A stretch of DNA of 63,892 nt from Rhina ancylostomus (lineage: Eukaryota): assembly GCA_030265395.1 (NCBI GenBank), contig JARFYF010000017.1:26624061-26687952 (forward strand). Reading direction: 5' to 3'. Position numbers and translations under genes: made by a program. The notes under the pieces are model-generated. The model was not told where the DNA came from, did not search any database, and was given only the letters and a program-made list of their open reading frames with translations. Shown here one piece after another: positions 1 through 12,654 of this stretch (positions within the stretch are counted from its first letter, which is position 1; every line of letters begins with the position of its first letter).

Positions 1-3000
1 TTTCTCAAGCTTCCATATTTCACATGAGGGATTCTAGCAGAAAGAAACAGAAATCAAAGCAACCACCACAGATTCATGTCGCCCTTGCCCCTATTTCTCC
101 AGGGCAGGTGAATTGTGAATTGTTTAATCAGCTACCATGAGGCAACTTGAAGATCCAGACTCAAGAGGTCGTAGCCTGGACCTCCATGAGATTCAACAGC
201 ATATGGAGGTTTGCAGAACTTGTGTGAGCGAGGTGACTGTTCGAGAAAAATCTTTGGTAGTAGTAAAATTGATAAGTTAAGCAGTGCTACACCTTGCATT
301 GTATGAAGCATGATGGTGATGAAATGTGCGGAGATGAGAGAAGCAGGTATATGGAGCTATCAGTTTCTAATCAGTAGAGTGCAGTGACTGATGAGAAGAT
401 CAGGTTAATATGACTAATTGTGCCTTCCTTTGACATCAGCAATTAATAAATTGTTCATATATATGCTGGCCTGAACCTTTAGCTCCCCAGTGATATTTTT
501 TAATAATCTATGATTGCAAGCAAAAGTCTTGTTTTCTTATAATTTTATAAAAATTAAAATAAATAAATTAAGGAAATTCATGGGAATTCTATTACACCAA
601 ATGGGTGTTTTTAATTGTGGCTTTGCACTTGACTGGAGTTAATTCCTGTAGGATTTCACCCTGCTCTGGGATAGTCTTGTGCCTCACTTATCCTGCTGCA
701 GTGCATTGAATAATGGCTTCTTGCCAGAGTCCCGTGTACTTCAGCAGTGAAGATGAGAGTAGTAGAATTTTGGCAAAAATTACACCATTCTCTGTTTTTC
801 TGGCTTTCTGGATACTGAAGGAATTAATCTACTTCATCCCCAGAGAAAATTCCCTCAAGGTAGAGATCCAGCATCGTTACATCTGTCCTCACCCCAAACT
901 CCTATGAGTACCTCAGATCTTGAGGAAATTGGTCACTATAAATTTTACATGTGATATTGGCCCATCCTTGTCTGTTTACCCTGAACTACAATTCCATATG
1001 ATACAGTTGTACAGCTGGGTATTCATTGTTCAGTTATTATTGATTGAATAAAGTGGCGATTGTTCAAGATAACTAGATTTTTTTGGTAATCAGTTAGATG
1101 AAGACCTAATATGTGAAGTCTATATTGTGTAGATTTTGATTTCACTTTAGCAAGGGGAATGCCAGAGTACAGATACCTTAATTAAAACTAAAGCAATAGA
1201 GAAGTGTGCACATAAGAATTGCACATTCACATTTCAACACTGATGTTAACTGTGCGTTCCTTCAGAGAGGGGTTGCGGATTATAGTTCCCAAACATATCA
1301 CCAATATTACAAGCATTGTTTCACTGCCAGGGAAAGGAATCAGTGGGATTTAGTGAAGAAATAGCTTCAGGGGCTGGGAAAGCCTGCAGCTAAAGAGGAG
1401 CCTTCAAAGATCTAAAAATTAATGCAAAAATTAAAATCATCATAAGGAAATCAAAAATGCTTCTGGCAGTGGCAGACTGCAGAATCTGAAAAGTGCACTT
1501 TCATTTCTGTTGAGCAATGAGCATATTTATCTGGTGGTGCAGAAGGGGTTGAGGATGAACCCCATATGTTTTCTTGAAAGTAGCTCCAATAATCCAAATG
1601 TATTAATGGCCAGAGGGTTCATCCATTTTGGGAAAAAAAATAATCAGATTCCCTGTTTGTTTTCCAATTACTTCCAATATTTTTGTGGATAAAGAAGGTT
1701 TGGCAATTTGTGCCATCAATTTTTTTAGCAAAATCAATAAATACCATGCAATGCCATTTCATATCATGTATAAAAAGCAGCTATTATTCAATTAACCATG
1801 TTTCAGAATGGCAGTCAGTTACTAATTCACAGTAAGAGTTGAAGTCATTAAAAGCAGTATTCACCCCAAACAATCTATAAACCATCCCACTCTCCCAAGT
1901 TTCTGTATGCCGAGTATCACTTGAATGATTCAGTGTTACTGGCAAAAAAAGCTTACAACACATAGGAAATAGCGAGTCAGATGTGTTTAATGTAAATATG
2001 CTGTCAGATCCCTTTCAGTAAATGACATGAGCAGATGATTAACAGTGTTCTCAATAGTTTTTTGCATAATCTGCCAATTTAGTGGAACACTTCAACTATT
2101 CTCACAGAACATTAATTTTGTCATTTAAGATTTTGTAAATGTTCAACTATGAAGCTGTTATATGAATAAAACTATAGTTACTACTTGTAGCGATAAGAAG
2201 CTATAAATCCCCAGATCACTGCATACTTGAATGCATTTCTGCTGGACAAGAAGTCTAGTTTTAGGGAGATAATATGCATTTTTCTTACCCTGCACAGGCT
2301 ACATATATCATACTTATTAAATAGCACTGCAGACATTGCCCATCATTATTTCAATGGAGTTAAAAAATTCAGAGTAACATCTTAATTTACATTTTCAAGA
2401 CTGACATAAAATATTAGGGTCAGGGCAGGTGAGTGAAGGTTCTGGAATTTATACATACTTGATTATTTTTTGAACAGTGAGCTTTTTAGGAGGAAAATCA
2501 AAACAAAGCAACTTGAAAGAGAGAAAGGGGCATCCAAGCTCAGTCCCTTGGGTGTTCTAAGAGCTATGAGATTGTAAAAATTCTGTAGGATTTATGATTC
2601 ATTTTATAGTTTTTTTAGGATTTATTAAAAAAACTCTGCTTAGAGCCTCGTGGATCCTTTAGGATTTCTCTGAGTTATATCCTATGGAGAATTCCAGCAA
2701 ACAAAGCTAATTTCCTTTATTAGTGGGAAGTCTCCATGCTTTTCTTTGTGGCTGTTTGGCTTGGTCCTTTCAAGTTTCTGATTCCTTAAGACAAAGCATC
2801 ATTAAAATATGTTTCAATGTAAAAGTGTTTAAACTGAACAATTGGATGCAAACATCCTCTAAACTTCTTCAAATGGGCACTATACTAAAAGCTTTGTATT
2901 AGGGAAAGGAGATGAGCTTACCATGAATCATACCTGTGTGAAGCTATTGAACGACTGTGAAGCACCACACATATAATATAGTCATGCCCATCTACTGGTG

Positions 3001-3209
3001 TGATGCATAAATGTCTATCTGAGCATCATACAGATATAATGCAATTGAATGGTGCAGTTTATGCCATTGTCTGGTATGCAAGATATTTTTTTAATCTTGA
3101 AAATGATATCCTTTAATTATGATTCTGTTCTGAAAATCCAGTGGATTAGGAGAGCTGTAAAAGCAGTGGAGTGATTTATTGGAAGTTGGAGATGTATAAA
3201 CCTAACAGA

Positions 3210-3800
3210 AAAAGTTTCTATGAGTATATTAGGTGAGCGTCAAAATGGAATGTGACCCATTAAAGACAAATGCTGAGAAGATTTTAATGGATAATTAGAA
3301 AATGGCAGGCTTGATAAATACTGCTTTCACGTGAGGGAACAGGACAAAATAAAACAATGGCACAAAGGAATCTAAAAATAAGTCAAGGAGATGAAGAAGG
3401 TAGGTTTAATAAATGTGAGAACAAAATGGTAATGGCGAAAAATAAAGTACTCAGGATAAAAAAAATCTCCAAGCTCCAATGTTTTTTCCTGTAAAAGTTG
3501 GACTTTTATATCAGGAAGCAGGAGATCAGCCTTTTTCATTCTGAAAAGACGCATGGGAATATTTTCTTAATGATAAGAGACTTCAAACTATGAAAGGGTG
3601 AAGATGTAGGTATCCACATTGAATTACTAAAAGTTTATGTACAGATGCAGAATACAATGGAAAATACTTGTTAACTATTGTCCATTATATCAGACTTTAA
3701 AAATGAGGAGGTGAGGCTTCAATTGTACAGAGCCATAGTGAGACACTATCTGGAGTATCGCAGCCAGTTCTTGGCACTGAACTGTCAGAATGACATTGTG
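3210..3800 (+). mobile_element. Decayed CR1 LINE ORF2 fragment
   Basis: ORF 3678-3896 FKNEEVRLQLYRAIVRHYLEYRSQF resembles the CR1 C-terminal LQLYRALVRPHLEYCVQFW motif. Confidence 0.75.
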
Positions 3801-3861
3801 AGTAATAAAAGCAGAGATTTACTAACTGTTGCTGCTTGTCTGTTCTCCATTTCTTTCACTC

Positions 3862-4275
3862 CACATAGGCACAAGCTCAGGTCATTTAGTCCTTGATCTT
3901 TTTCCACCATTCAGTGAGATTATCATTGATCTGTGACCTGATTCCATACATTTACCATTCACTCATATCATTAATGACATTGGTTAACAAACACCAATAC
4001 TTGTAGATTTAAAATTAATAATTGATCTAGCATCAATCAGCCTTGGAGTAGAAAATTTCCAGTCCACTGTGATACTTTGTTTGTAGAAGTGTTTCCTGAC
4101 TTTACTTTTGAAAGGCATTGCTCTAACTTACAGCCTTTATCTCTTATTGTTAGATTTTCTAGGCAAGAAATAATATCTTGTTATCAGCTTTAACAGAAGA
4201 AACATTTCCCCTTTAGACTTTGAGGATCAAGTCACCCTCAATTATTTAGATTCCAGGGAATTATAATCAGAATGT
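3862..4275 (-). mobile_element. CR1 LINE 3' end, antisense, decayed
   Basis: ...CCACCATTCAGTGAGATTATCATTGATCTGTGACC... is the reverse complement of a chondrichthyan CR1 3' UTR. Confidence 0.6.
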
Positions 4276-5194
4276 AAGCTCTCCTGTCTTCCTTTAAGAT
4301 CCTCTGTGATTGTTCCAACTTTGACCAAGCTTATCCTAACATTCTGATACATTATAATTTCTTCATTGGCTCAGCATCAATTGATGCATGGTTACACTCC
4401 TGGTGATTCCTACATTAAACACAATGGCCTAGAAATTCTTTGGCATCTGAATAGGGGTGTCAAATGTGTGGGGTGTGGCAGACCAACAAATGTATTTTGA
4501 TAGAGCCTACAGCTGCAAAATTCTATTGCGCTTGAAACCCAGGACATTGTGAGCGATGGAAAAGGATGGAAGCCCACGCTTAACCTGGCCTTTTCCTCAG
4601 AGGAAACCAGGTGTGTCATTGGCCTAGTTTGCTGGTTATAGTGCGAGAAATNNNNNNNNNNNNNNNNCTCAATGAAGACGTGGAGTGAAGTTAGCATTAT
4701 CAAGTGGTTTGGAAGGTGTTGTGGAATCAAAACCTGTGTGTGTAGGATCACAGCTGAATAACATTGGGGGACTGGGTTCACAATTAAGTATGGGAAGTAA
4801 GGTTAAAATCATGATCACATACTGGAGAAGTTCAGGGTCACATTCAGGTTAAAAGTTGGATGGAAGCCCAAAGCAGTAGGGCAGTGAGTATTTTACTTGC
4901 AGGACCTACTTGAGGGGTATTCTCAGTACTGGATTCTATGGACTCAGACCTGCCAGAGTAGGTCACCTTCCAGTCCCAGCAAAATTGGCCATATATCTCT
5001 TATGAAGGCCTGCATGATTGGCCTCTGCCTACTGAGACTCATGGGTGAGCTAATGAGTTATACAGAAATGGTGTCCTGATGTGTGTTGCATGCCTTTGGA
5101 TACCATTGTGTGGTGTCCAGATGCATCCTGTGCATTAGCACGCCAAGTGCATGGAGTACCCACAAGAACAATGGTTAAAGACTTCAGTTAGGTA

Positions 5195-5425
5195 TGTAGG
5201 AACAAGGGTGCACAGTCTTAAAGTAGAGAGAGACAATTTTGCAATTAAATCGAGGAAATCTGGAATATATTCTTAAATGCACATTGATCCTATATTGGTT
5301 AAGAAAGAGTTTTAGTTGAGTAAGGCTATCAAGGAGTATGAGATGAAGGCAGCTAAATTAAGATGATTTCTGAATGAATCATGATCTAACAAAGGCAGAA
5401 AAACTTCACTGGCCTCCTGTTGTAT
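5195..5425 (+). mobile_element. CR1 LINE 3' end, probably the continuation of the 3210-3800 element
   Basis: GAACAAGGGTGCACAGTCTTAAAGT (TRGHSLK-like) followed by a CR1 3' UTR. Confidence 0.6.
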
Positions 5426-6069
5426 TTTTTGGATCCTTTGACAAGCCAAACTGAGTAATTGTATAAAAAGATACTGAGGTTGTGTTATGACTATTTCATT
5501 CATGCAAGCCAGAGGAGAATGAGATTTTACTTGAGTCCAAAAACATTTTTGAGTTGACCATGCATGTGTTTATCGAAGACTTCTGATTTGAAAATTTACT
5601 AGACACACCATCTGCACAAATTCCACATATTCTATGACCAATTATATTCTTCCATACTGAATGGTAATGTGACAAATCCCACCTGTGAATATTATTTGAA
5701 GTGATTCTGATTCACATGAGCAGGCCAGGAATGGTGGCAAACCGTGATAAAGCTGAAATGAAGACTATCGAAACTCATGTACATTGAGACCAGCAAAGGA
5801 GTTGAAATTGCAACATTATTTGAGGGCAAAAGTAATATTCCAGCATTAATTTTGTTGTCCATATTCTCTGAACTCCACAATAAAATGCATTTCTGGAATC
5901 ATGTTCTCAGCTTTAACAGTGGAAGGCCACAAAATCTTTTAGTCTTCTTACCATACAACTGAATAGAGTAGCACTTCTGGTTAAAGTGAAGTTATTGTTG
6001 CTTGCAGTGAATTTGAATTCTTTAGCAAAGCTCCATTCATGGCAAGCAACTGATGTTCCCATAGGTATT

Positions 6070-7280
6070 TTGGGCTAATTATTGTGGCTGTGGCTGGTGG
6101 TCCAAAGAGCTATGGGCCCTCAGCTGCTTCCAGGTAAGTTTGTGCCAACTTGTGTAAATCTGCTCTGGGCCAGACATATTCTGAATGACAGATGCCAGCT
6201 CATTTGTTATCGTGCTGTGTTGCTGAACCTCCCATCAAGTACAGTGGGCTTGATCAAACTGAAGTTCAGTCAAACCTGGTGTAGGAGCAGCAATCCCATT
6301 AATTTGAATGGGGTTTCTCAGCTCTGTAGAATTGATGCAGGTGTGTAAGTAAGTTCAGTTATCTACTTTAAATTTACTGATTTTATTTAATTTTAATGTA
6401 TTTACTTCATGGCATTTTAATATGTTTTAAATTCATTATTTTTTAATTTTTTTTGTTTGAATTACATAAAGTAATTGTAATAGTTTTTAAATGTTTTTGA
6501 GTGTTAGAGATGGTAGATTTTGATAGAAGGTCCATCCTCTCAAAGCTTGTGAGGATGCTCTGGGAGCAGGGCCTTAATGGTACACACTGTATAATCGAGA
6601 CTTGCTGCTGTGATCTCACCACATCATGCTGTTGCCTTCCAACCTGCTGGCAAGCCAAGCCTCTTGAAACCAATAAGTTGGTGCTTGTGATGTGTTTAAT
6701 ATCCCTCAATTCAGTAATTGTTATAGTTGAAGGATGTGAAAGGAGCACACTATTAACTTACCCTCTGACTTACCTGCCAGTGGTGACCACTCCCTTCCCT
6801 GCACATGTTGCTGACTGACATGGCTTATGGATCCTCCCTAGTCAGCTCGCATTGACATAATGCAGATACTTCAGTGAGGATCAGGACAACAAGTCCTGCC
6901 TTTAAGCAACCTCAACACTCTACTTGGCAGGCTGTTAAATATATCAAAAATGTTTCTATTTGTAACTATTATTCAAAAACATTAAAAAGAAGTCTCAAAA
7001 TGATTAAACATTAACGCATTAAAATTTAAAAAGAAACAAAAATGAAACAGTTAAAGATATTTGAGCATTTTTAAAGAAATCTATCTACTAGCGTAATTTC
7101 AGCTGATTCCTCAGTGTAAATGCTGGTGAATTGATACCAGTTTGGACTCTGTTGTTGCATTCTATGAGGAGTTCAGTGTCTGAATGCAGTCAGGAAATTG
7201 CCAGCAAAGAGCAACCAGCAAATTCAAAGTAGGAAATCTGTGGTGAGACTTAATGTCCCTAAATGCTGAAAATTCTGTGT
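6070..7280. mobile_element. Old non-autonomous DNA-transposon-like element with mirrored arms
   Basis: CCCATT-N6-AATGGG palindrome at 6295-6312; the T-rich tract at 6360-6500 is mirrored by an A-rich tract at 6940-7075. Confidence 0.35.
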
Positions 7281-7689
7281 ATGATGGCTGTCATTATCCC
7301 TTACCATCCGGCCTTATGGTTCCACCTAGCCTGAGAGTTTCATATAATACTGCAAGTGGGTTGTCAGAGAAGGTTCAAATGAGACATGAAAATATGGTTG
7401 CATCTGCCAATTCAGGTGACATGTGAAAGGTTTTGTTGCAGAATCCTAGTCTTGTGACTAGTTCCAACATCAGAACCATTGGTACCAAAGCCAACTTAAC
7501 AGAATATTCATCTAATTTCTGTTTGACAGCAGGGTGTAAAAAAAAGTCTTTACTGCTTGCCTACATGGAAAAAAAAGGTGTTTACTCTTACATGGAGTTC
7601 ATTGCAGGAGAAGCATTTGAAATGTTTCTACAAGATATAATAAGCTAAGACTTGTGGAGATGCTAGCATTTCTCCATTTAAGTGATTCT

Positions 7690-8080
7690 AGGTTCAGGAT
7701 TCCTTTGCAATCATGGAAGTCCCAAACTTGTGGGCACTTTCCTAAATGTGCTCCATTAATGGACGTGGCCAAGTGTTAACACAGCAGTTCCCCAGCCCTT
7801 AAACTGGGAGTTTGCCCCATGATTCTCAAAGAGCTTAACCTATTGCAGGAACAACAGCTCCCATTTATTTAAATGAAAAATTGTAGATAAGAAGGAGAAA
7901 GGTTAATAATGAGTGTAGTTAAATGATTATAATTATTTATAAGTGTTCTTAGGTGTTCTGAAGTTTATGTTTATCTTTTTAATATTTTGTTTTAATATTT
8001 TAGATTCTGAATAGTTTTTAATAATTCTTGAATGTATTTGAATGTTTGACAGCCAACTAAATTGGGGGACATGGCCTAGC
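7690..8080. mobile_element. Fragment of the same palindromic-motif repeat family
   Basis: CCCATTTATTTAAATG at 7860 followed by a T-rich tract. Confidence 0.3.
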
Positions 8081-8651
8081 CAGTTATCAATAATTTTTTG
8101 GTAAAGCTTGTTGTGGATCTGCCCCCAAACCACCAACAAACCCTCTATCCTGCTCATGCAATGGCATTACTTCCCACAAGGTCCTACCTCCATATAGGGA
8201 CAATTCATTAGTTGAGAAATAGTTGATGACTGGGCCATCTTGGAAGCAGGTTGACAACAACAAATCTGCAAGAGGTAAGTTTGTGTTCAGCATGTGGGTC
8301 AGAAATGAGTAGGCATGACTCAGTGGTGACAAGTTATGGGCCAGTAAGTTATAACTGTAGAACAGGTCAGCTGTGAAATGACAGTGCTTTTGAGAGCTTT
8401 TCAGCCTTTCCTGTTTCTATGCAGTAATGCTTATTATTTTCCAAATAAGTTTGGATTCTAGAGTTTGCCACTTTTTTCTTATTGGGTAATACTGTATTTT
8501 TTAAGAAACAGCATTCTAACCATGCATTGAACACAATAGTTACTAAGAACAGAACGTCAGTGATCATTGTAAATATATCATAGACAATATATGTTAAACA
8601 GCATGGCAATTAATGTTCTATTAATGGTAACATAGTGAGAGAATAGAGAAA

Positions 8652-9402
8652 GAGCAGTCCCTTGCAATACATGTCCACAGATCCCTCAAAGCAGCAAGAC
8701 TGGTAGATATGGTGCTTGAAGATGCATATTTCCCTTTTTCAAAGATGTGGGATATAATAACAAGCAGTACATGTTAGAACAGTGTAAACCATTAGTTATA
8801 CCATAGCTGTGAGCTGCCTACAGCTCAGGTCACTACATTGCAGGAAGGACATATTTGTGCTGGACAGCTTGCAGAAGAGATTTGTGAAGGATTGGAGAAT
8901 CTTAACTCGTAGGAAAAATTGGACTTGGAGATGTAACAGAGATGCTTAGAATTATGAAGGGCCAAGACAAAGTGGATGGGAAGACTGATTTCCCTCGGCA
9001 GGGAGGTGCATAATTATGGTACATAGATCAGTAAGAGAATTAAAATGTTGAGGATTTTTTTCACCCAAACACTGGTAGATCCTGTAACATTGCCTCAGTG
9101 GATGATAAAGATAGAGCCCTTATCATATAGAGTAGTAAGTTAGAGCTACACAACATGGAAACAGGCCCTTCGGCCCAACTCATCGATGCCTAGCAAGTTG
9201 TCTACCTGAGCTAATCTCATTTGACTGCATTTGGCAAATGGGACCAGGTTTCATTTTAACAAATCTTTGGATGAATACTTGATATGCAGACTACAGACCA
9301 AGAGTTCTTACAAGGGACATTGGGCTATACAGTTATTTTTTTGCCAGCATAGACCAACATAAGCCAAGTGGCTTGCTTCTATAATGTATATTTCTATGAT
9401 TC
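8652..9402 (+). mobile_element. 5'-truncated CR1 LINE, decayed, with a nested antisense tail
   Basis: CR1 C-terminal-like sequence (CACTACATTGCAGGAAGGAC...GCAGAAGAGATTTG), ending TTCTATGATTC. Confidence 0.75.
9127..9240 (-). mobile_element. Short CR1 3'-tail insertion
   Basis: ATAGAG...CATGGAAACAGGCCCTTCGGCCCAAC is the reverse-complemented CR1 terminal hairpin. Confidence 0.8.
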
Positions 9403-9834
9403 CTGCAATCCATGGAACCAAAATGTCGGAAAAAAATAGAAATAAATGTGTATTTGCAGTCTGGTTCATTTTTGCTCAGTGTTACAGCTGTGTATCTGGG
9501 AGATGGCAGAATTGGTGCCTAATCAGTGGGCATTTATTTCAATTCATCTGTTCAGAAATAAGTAATAGTTGAATATTGTGNNNNNNNNNNNNNNNNNNNN
9601 NNNNNNNNNNNNNNNNNNNNNNNNNNNNNNNNNNNNNNNNNNNNNNNNNNNNNNNNNNNNNNNNNNNNNNNNNNNNNNNNTATTGTGATAAATGTGATTT
9701 TCTTTTCATTGTATTAAGGAAATAGTTATTTCGAAGTGTGATGATAGTTGTAAGTCTCGCAAGGAGTATGAATGACAAATTGTTTTTGAAACAAGATTAA
9801 GCAGGGTTGTTAATTTCCATCAGTAAAAAAATAA

Positions 9835-10240
9835 ACTTGCACATTTCACTACCCCAGGATATTCCAAAGTGCTGTACAGTCAATGAAGTACCTTTGAAGT
9901 CTAGTCACTGTTGTGAAGCTGGAAACAAAGCATCCAGATTGGCCATAGCAAGATCCTACAAACAGTAATTTGATAATGACCCAATAATCTCCTTTTAATG
10001 AAGTTAATAAGGAATGAATATTGATCAGAACATGAATCAAAATAGTGCCATGGGATGTTTAATATCCACCTGAGTGATCAGAGAGAGCCTTGGTTTAACA
10101 TCTCATCCAATGTGTAGCCCCCCTCCGACATCTGAGGATTTCCTTAGTTCCGGCTTGGAGCATCAGCCTAGATTTATGCAGTTGAGTGTCCAGAGGAGTC
10201 CCTGAATCTTCAGAAAGAGAGGTGACTAAGTCACAGCTGT
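9835..10240 (-). mobile_element. Deu-domain SINE (SacSINE1-like)
   Basis: AATAGTGCCATGGGAT...CCTTGGTTTAACATCTCATCCAA is the reverse complement of the Deu core; it has an L2-like tail. Confidence 0.75.
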
Positions 10241-10929
10241 CATTGTATATACAGAGAATAGAACAAATATATCAGTAACCAGATTCTTCTTGAAATTTTT
10301 GTTCCTTTTCTTTTCTCCTCCTCATCTGAGTTCCATGGGCAATTCTTGCAGGGGATGTTGGATTGTGATAGAGAGCAGGATCCTTGGCTTATTTTTATCT
10401 TGCTAACCCAAGGGTTTTGCAGCCTCTTTTAGAGAATTTAAAATGAACGTGGTGAGATAACTGCTTCTAGATAGATTCAGCCGAGAATCTTCCTGCTTAT
10501 GTCTTCATCTGCTTTAAGCCAAATTGTCTCTTTCTATGTTTAAATTTCTGTCATTAAAACTACTGAGTAACTGGATGGATCTTGCTACATCCCCTGAGTA
10601 TGAGAATATAGTGAGCTGTTCGTCAAGACAGCAATCAGCAGAGCTGTTGTTGAAATCAAATAACAAGCACATGTTGTCTGTTCCCAACGAGAAAAGGGGT
10701 GAACATCTAGTAAAACCAGGTCCTGTTGTAAATTCCAGGCAGGCAATCACCTCAATCTACCACAGAACATTGTGTTTTAAACTCTTACAGCCCAAACTTA
10801 TGGAGTAGCATCATTCCCTACATGGGAGTATAAATTTTCTAGTTGGAGTTAGTTTGGTCATTTAAGACCAGATAGTAATTAAGCACGAAATCACCCATGA
10901 ATCAGCTCTCGTAGGCAGTTTGTTAAGTC

Positions 10930-11970
10930 TTTTGGGAGATTTATGAGGGGGTGGGGGGGTATGATCAGTAAGTCTGCAGATGACACAAAAATTGGTGGAA
11001 TGGTGGATGACGAGGAAGGTTGTTTAAGATACACTGGGATGTAGATCAACTGGAAAGTGAGGCGGAGTGATGGCAGATGGAATTTAATCCAGGCAAGTGT
11101 GAGGTAATGCACTTTGGGAGGTCAAATTCTACTAGAACATAGGAGCACTGACATGCAGAGACCTTAGGGTGCAAGTTCATAGCATTCATAGCACACTGAA
11201 AGTGGTACCACAAGAGAATAAAGTAATGTAAAAGGCATTCTGTATATTTGTCTTTGTAGGCTGAGGCTTGTGTATTAGAGTCAGGATATCACATTGCAGT
11301 TGTACAAAACTTTGGGTAGAACGCACTTAGAGTATTGTGAGAGTGCAGAAGAGGTTCACCAAGATGCCACCTGGAGTAGAGAGCTGTGGTTATAAGGAGA
11401 GATTGGATTGGCTTGGTTTATTCTCACTGGAATGTAGGCAGCTGAGAGGTGACCTTATAGAGGTTTATAAAACTATGAGGGGCATAGATAAGGATAGATA
11501 GTCAGAATCTTTTCTCCCAGGGCAAGGGAGTCCTGAACTAGACGGCATAGGTTTAAAATGAGGGGGGAGAAATTTAAGGAGATTGAGGGGTAATTTTTTT
11601 CATACAGAGGGTGATGGTTCTATGGAATGAGCTGACAGAGAAGGTAGTGGAGGCAGATAGAGTCATAGAGGCATACAACATGGAAGCAGGCCCTTCAGCC
11701 CAACTGGTCCATGCTGACAAAATTACCTTCCTGAGTTAGTCCCATTTGCCTGTGTTTGGTCCAGGTCCTTCTAAACCTTTTCCATCCATTTACCTGTCCT
11801 ATTATAACATTTAACAGGCATTTGGACAGGTACTTGGATAGTAAAGGAGTAGAGGGATACAGGCTTAATGTAGGAAAATGGGATTAGCATAGAAAGGCAT
11901 CATGGTAGGCACGGATGAGGTAGGCCTTAAGGCCTGTTTCTGTATTACATGTTTTTATGATTCTTTGATT
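10930..11970 (+). mobile_element. 5'-truncated CR1 LINE (RT end to 3' UTR)
   Basis: Encodes ISK(S)ADDTKIGG...WQMEFNPGKCEVMHFGRSN; ends TATGATTCTTTGATT. Confidence 0.92.
11657..11799 (-). mobile_element. Nested antisense CR1 3' tail
   Basis: ATAGAGTCATAGAG...CAGGCCCTTCAGCCCAAC...TACCTGTCC interrupts the host CR1. Confidence 0.85.
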
Positions 11971-12261
11971 GACTTTGTGAGAAATGGACAAATATTATAC
12001 TGGTGTATTAGAGAAGTACAGTTTAAAGGTTATTTTTAAGGTCTATTATTAATCCACAGTTGGACAAAACTGTTAAATTACTTAAATGCTATATTCTGTG
12101 ATAACAAGGAAACTGTGCCAACACAATTATCATTGGCTTTCCTGCCCAAAGATGGTTAAAGGATTGAGTACCTGAACTGTGTGTATGCTAGTTCTCAGAG
12201 CAATCCAGTTAACCCATTTATTTCTCTGTAACCTATCCTCTTTCATTTCTCCTATTCTCCC

Positions 12262-12474
12262 ATCAACCACCTAAACAAAGGGTAATGTACAGCAGCCGAC
12301 TAACCCATCAATCAGCACATCTATAGGATGTTTGAGGGAAGCAGAACACCTGGGGAAATCATGCAGCCGCAGGGAGAATTTACAAAACCACACAGACAAT
12401 GCCAGGGGTCAGGATTGAACCCAGTTTGCTAGAGCTGAGACAGCTGTACCATTTGCAGAGTTATAGTGCCACCC
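12262..12474 (-). mobile_element. tRNA-derived V-SINE (HE1-like)
   Basis: Reverse-complement B box GGATTGAACCC at 12412-12422; V-domain-like GGGAGAATTTACAAAACCACACAGAC. Confidence 0.75.
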
Positions 12475-12654
12475 TTGGTAACTTTATGATCAGGGAAGAG
12501 GTGGGAGTTGGGGTGGGGTGGTAGGGAGGGAAAATTCTTATAGCCATTAGCTACGAGTGCTTCTGCTTGATGTTATCCAGTATTCACATGATCCTTTGCC
12601 CTCCACTTGCCAGAGCAGACCGAGCTGGGGTCTGAATCTAACCTTTCCAATTTA

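Noticed and set aside
9574-9687. TATTGTG on both sides of a 100-N gap
   Set aside because: Likely a scaffolding overlap. The 100-N gaps are placeholders of unknown length.
12400-12474. tRNA-like A/B boxes
   Set aside because: This is the head of a SINE; there is no cloverleaf.
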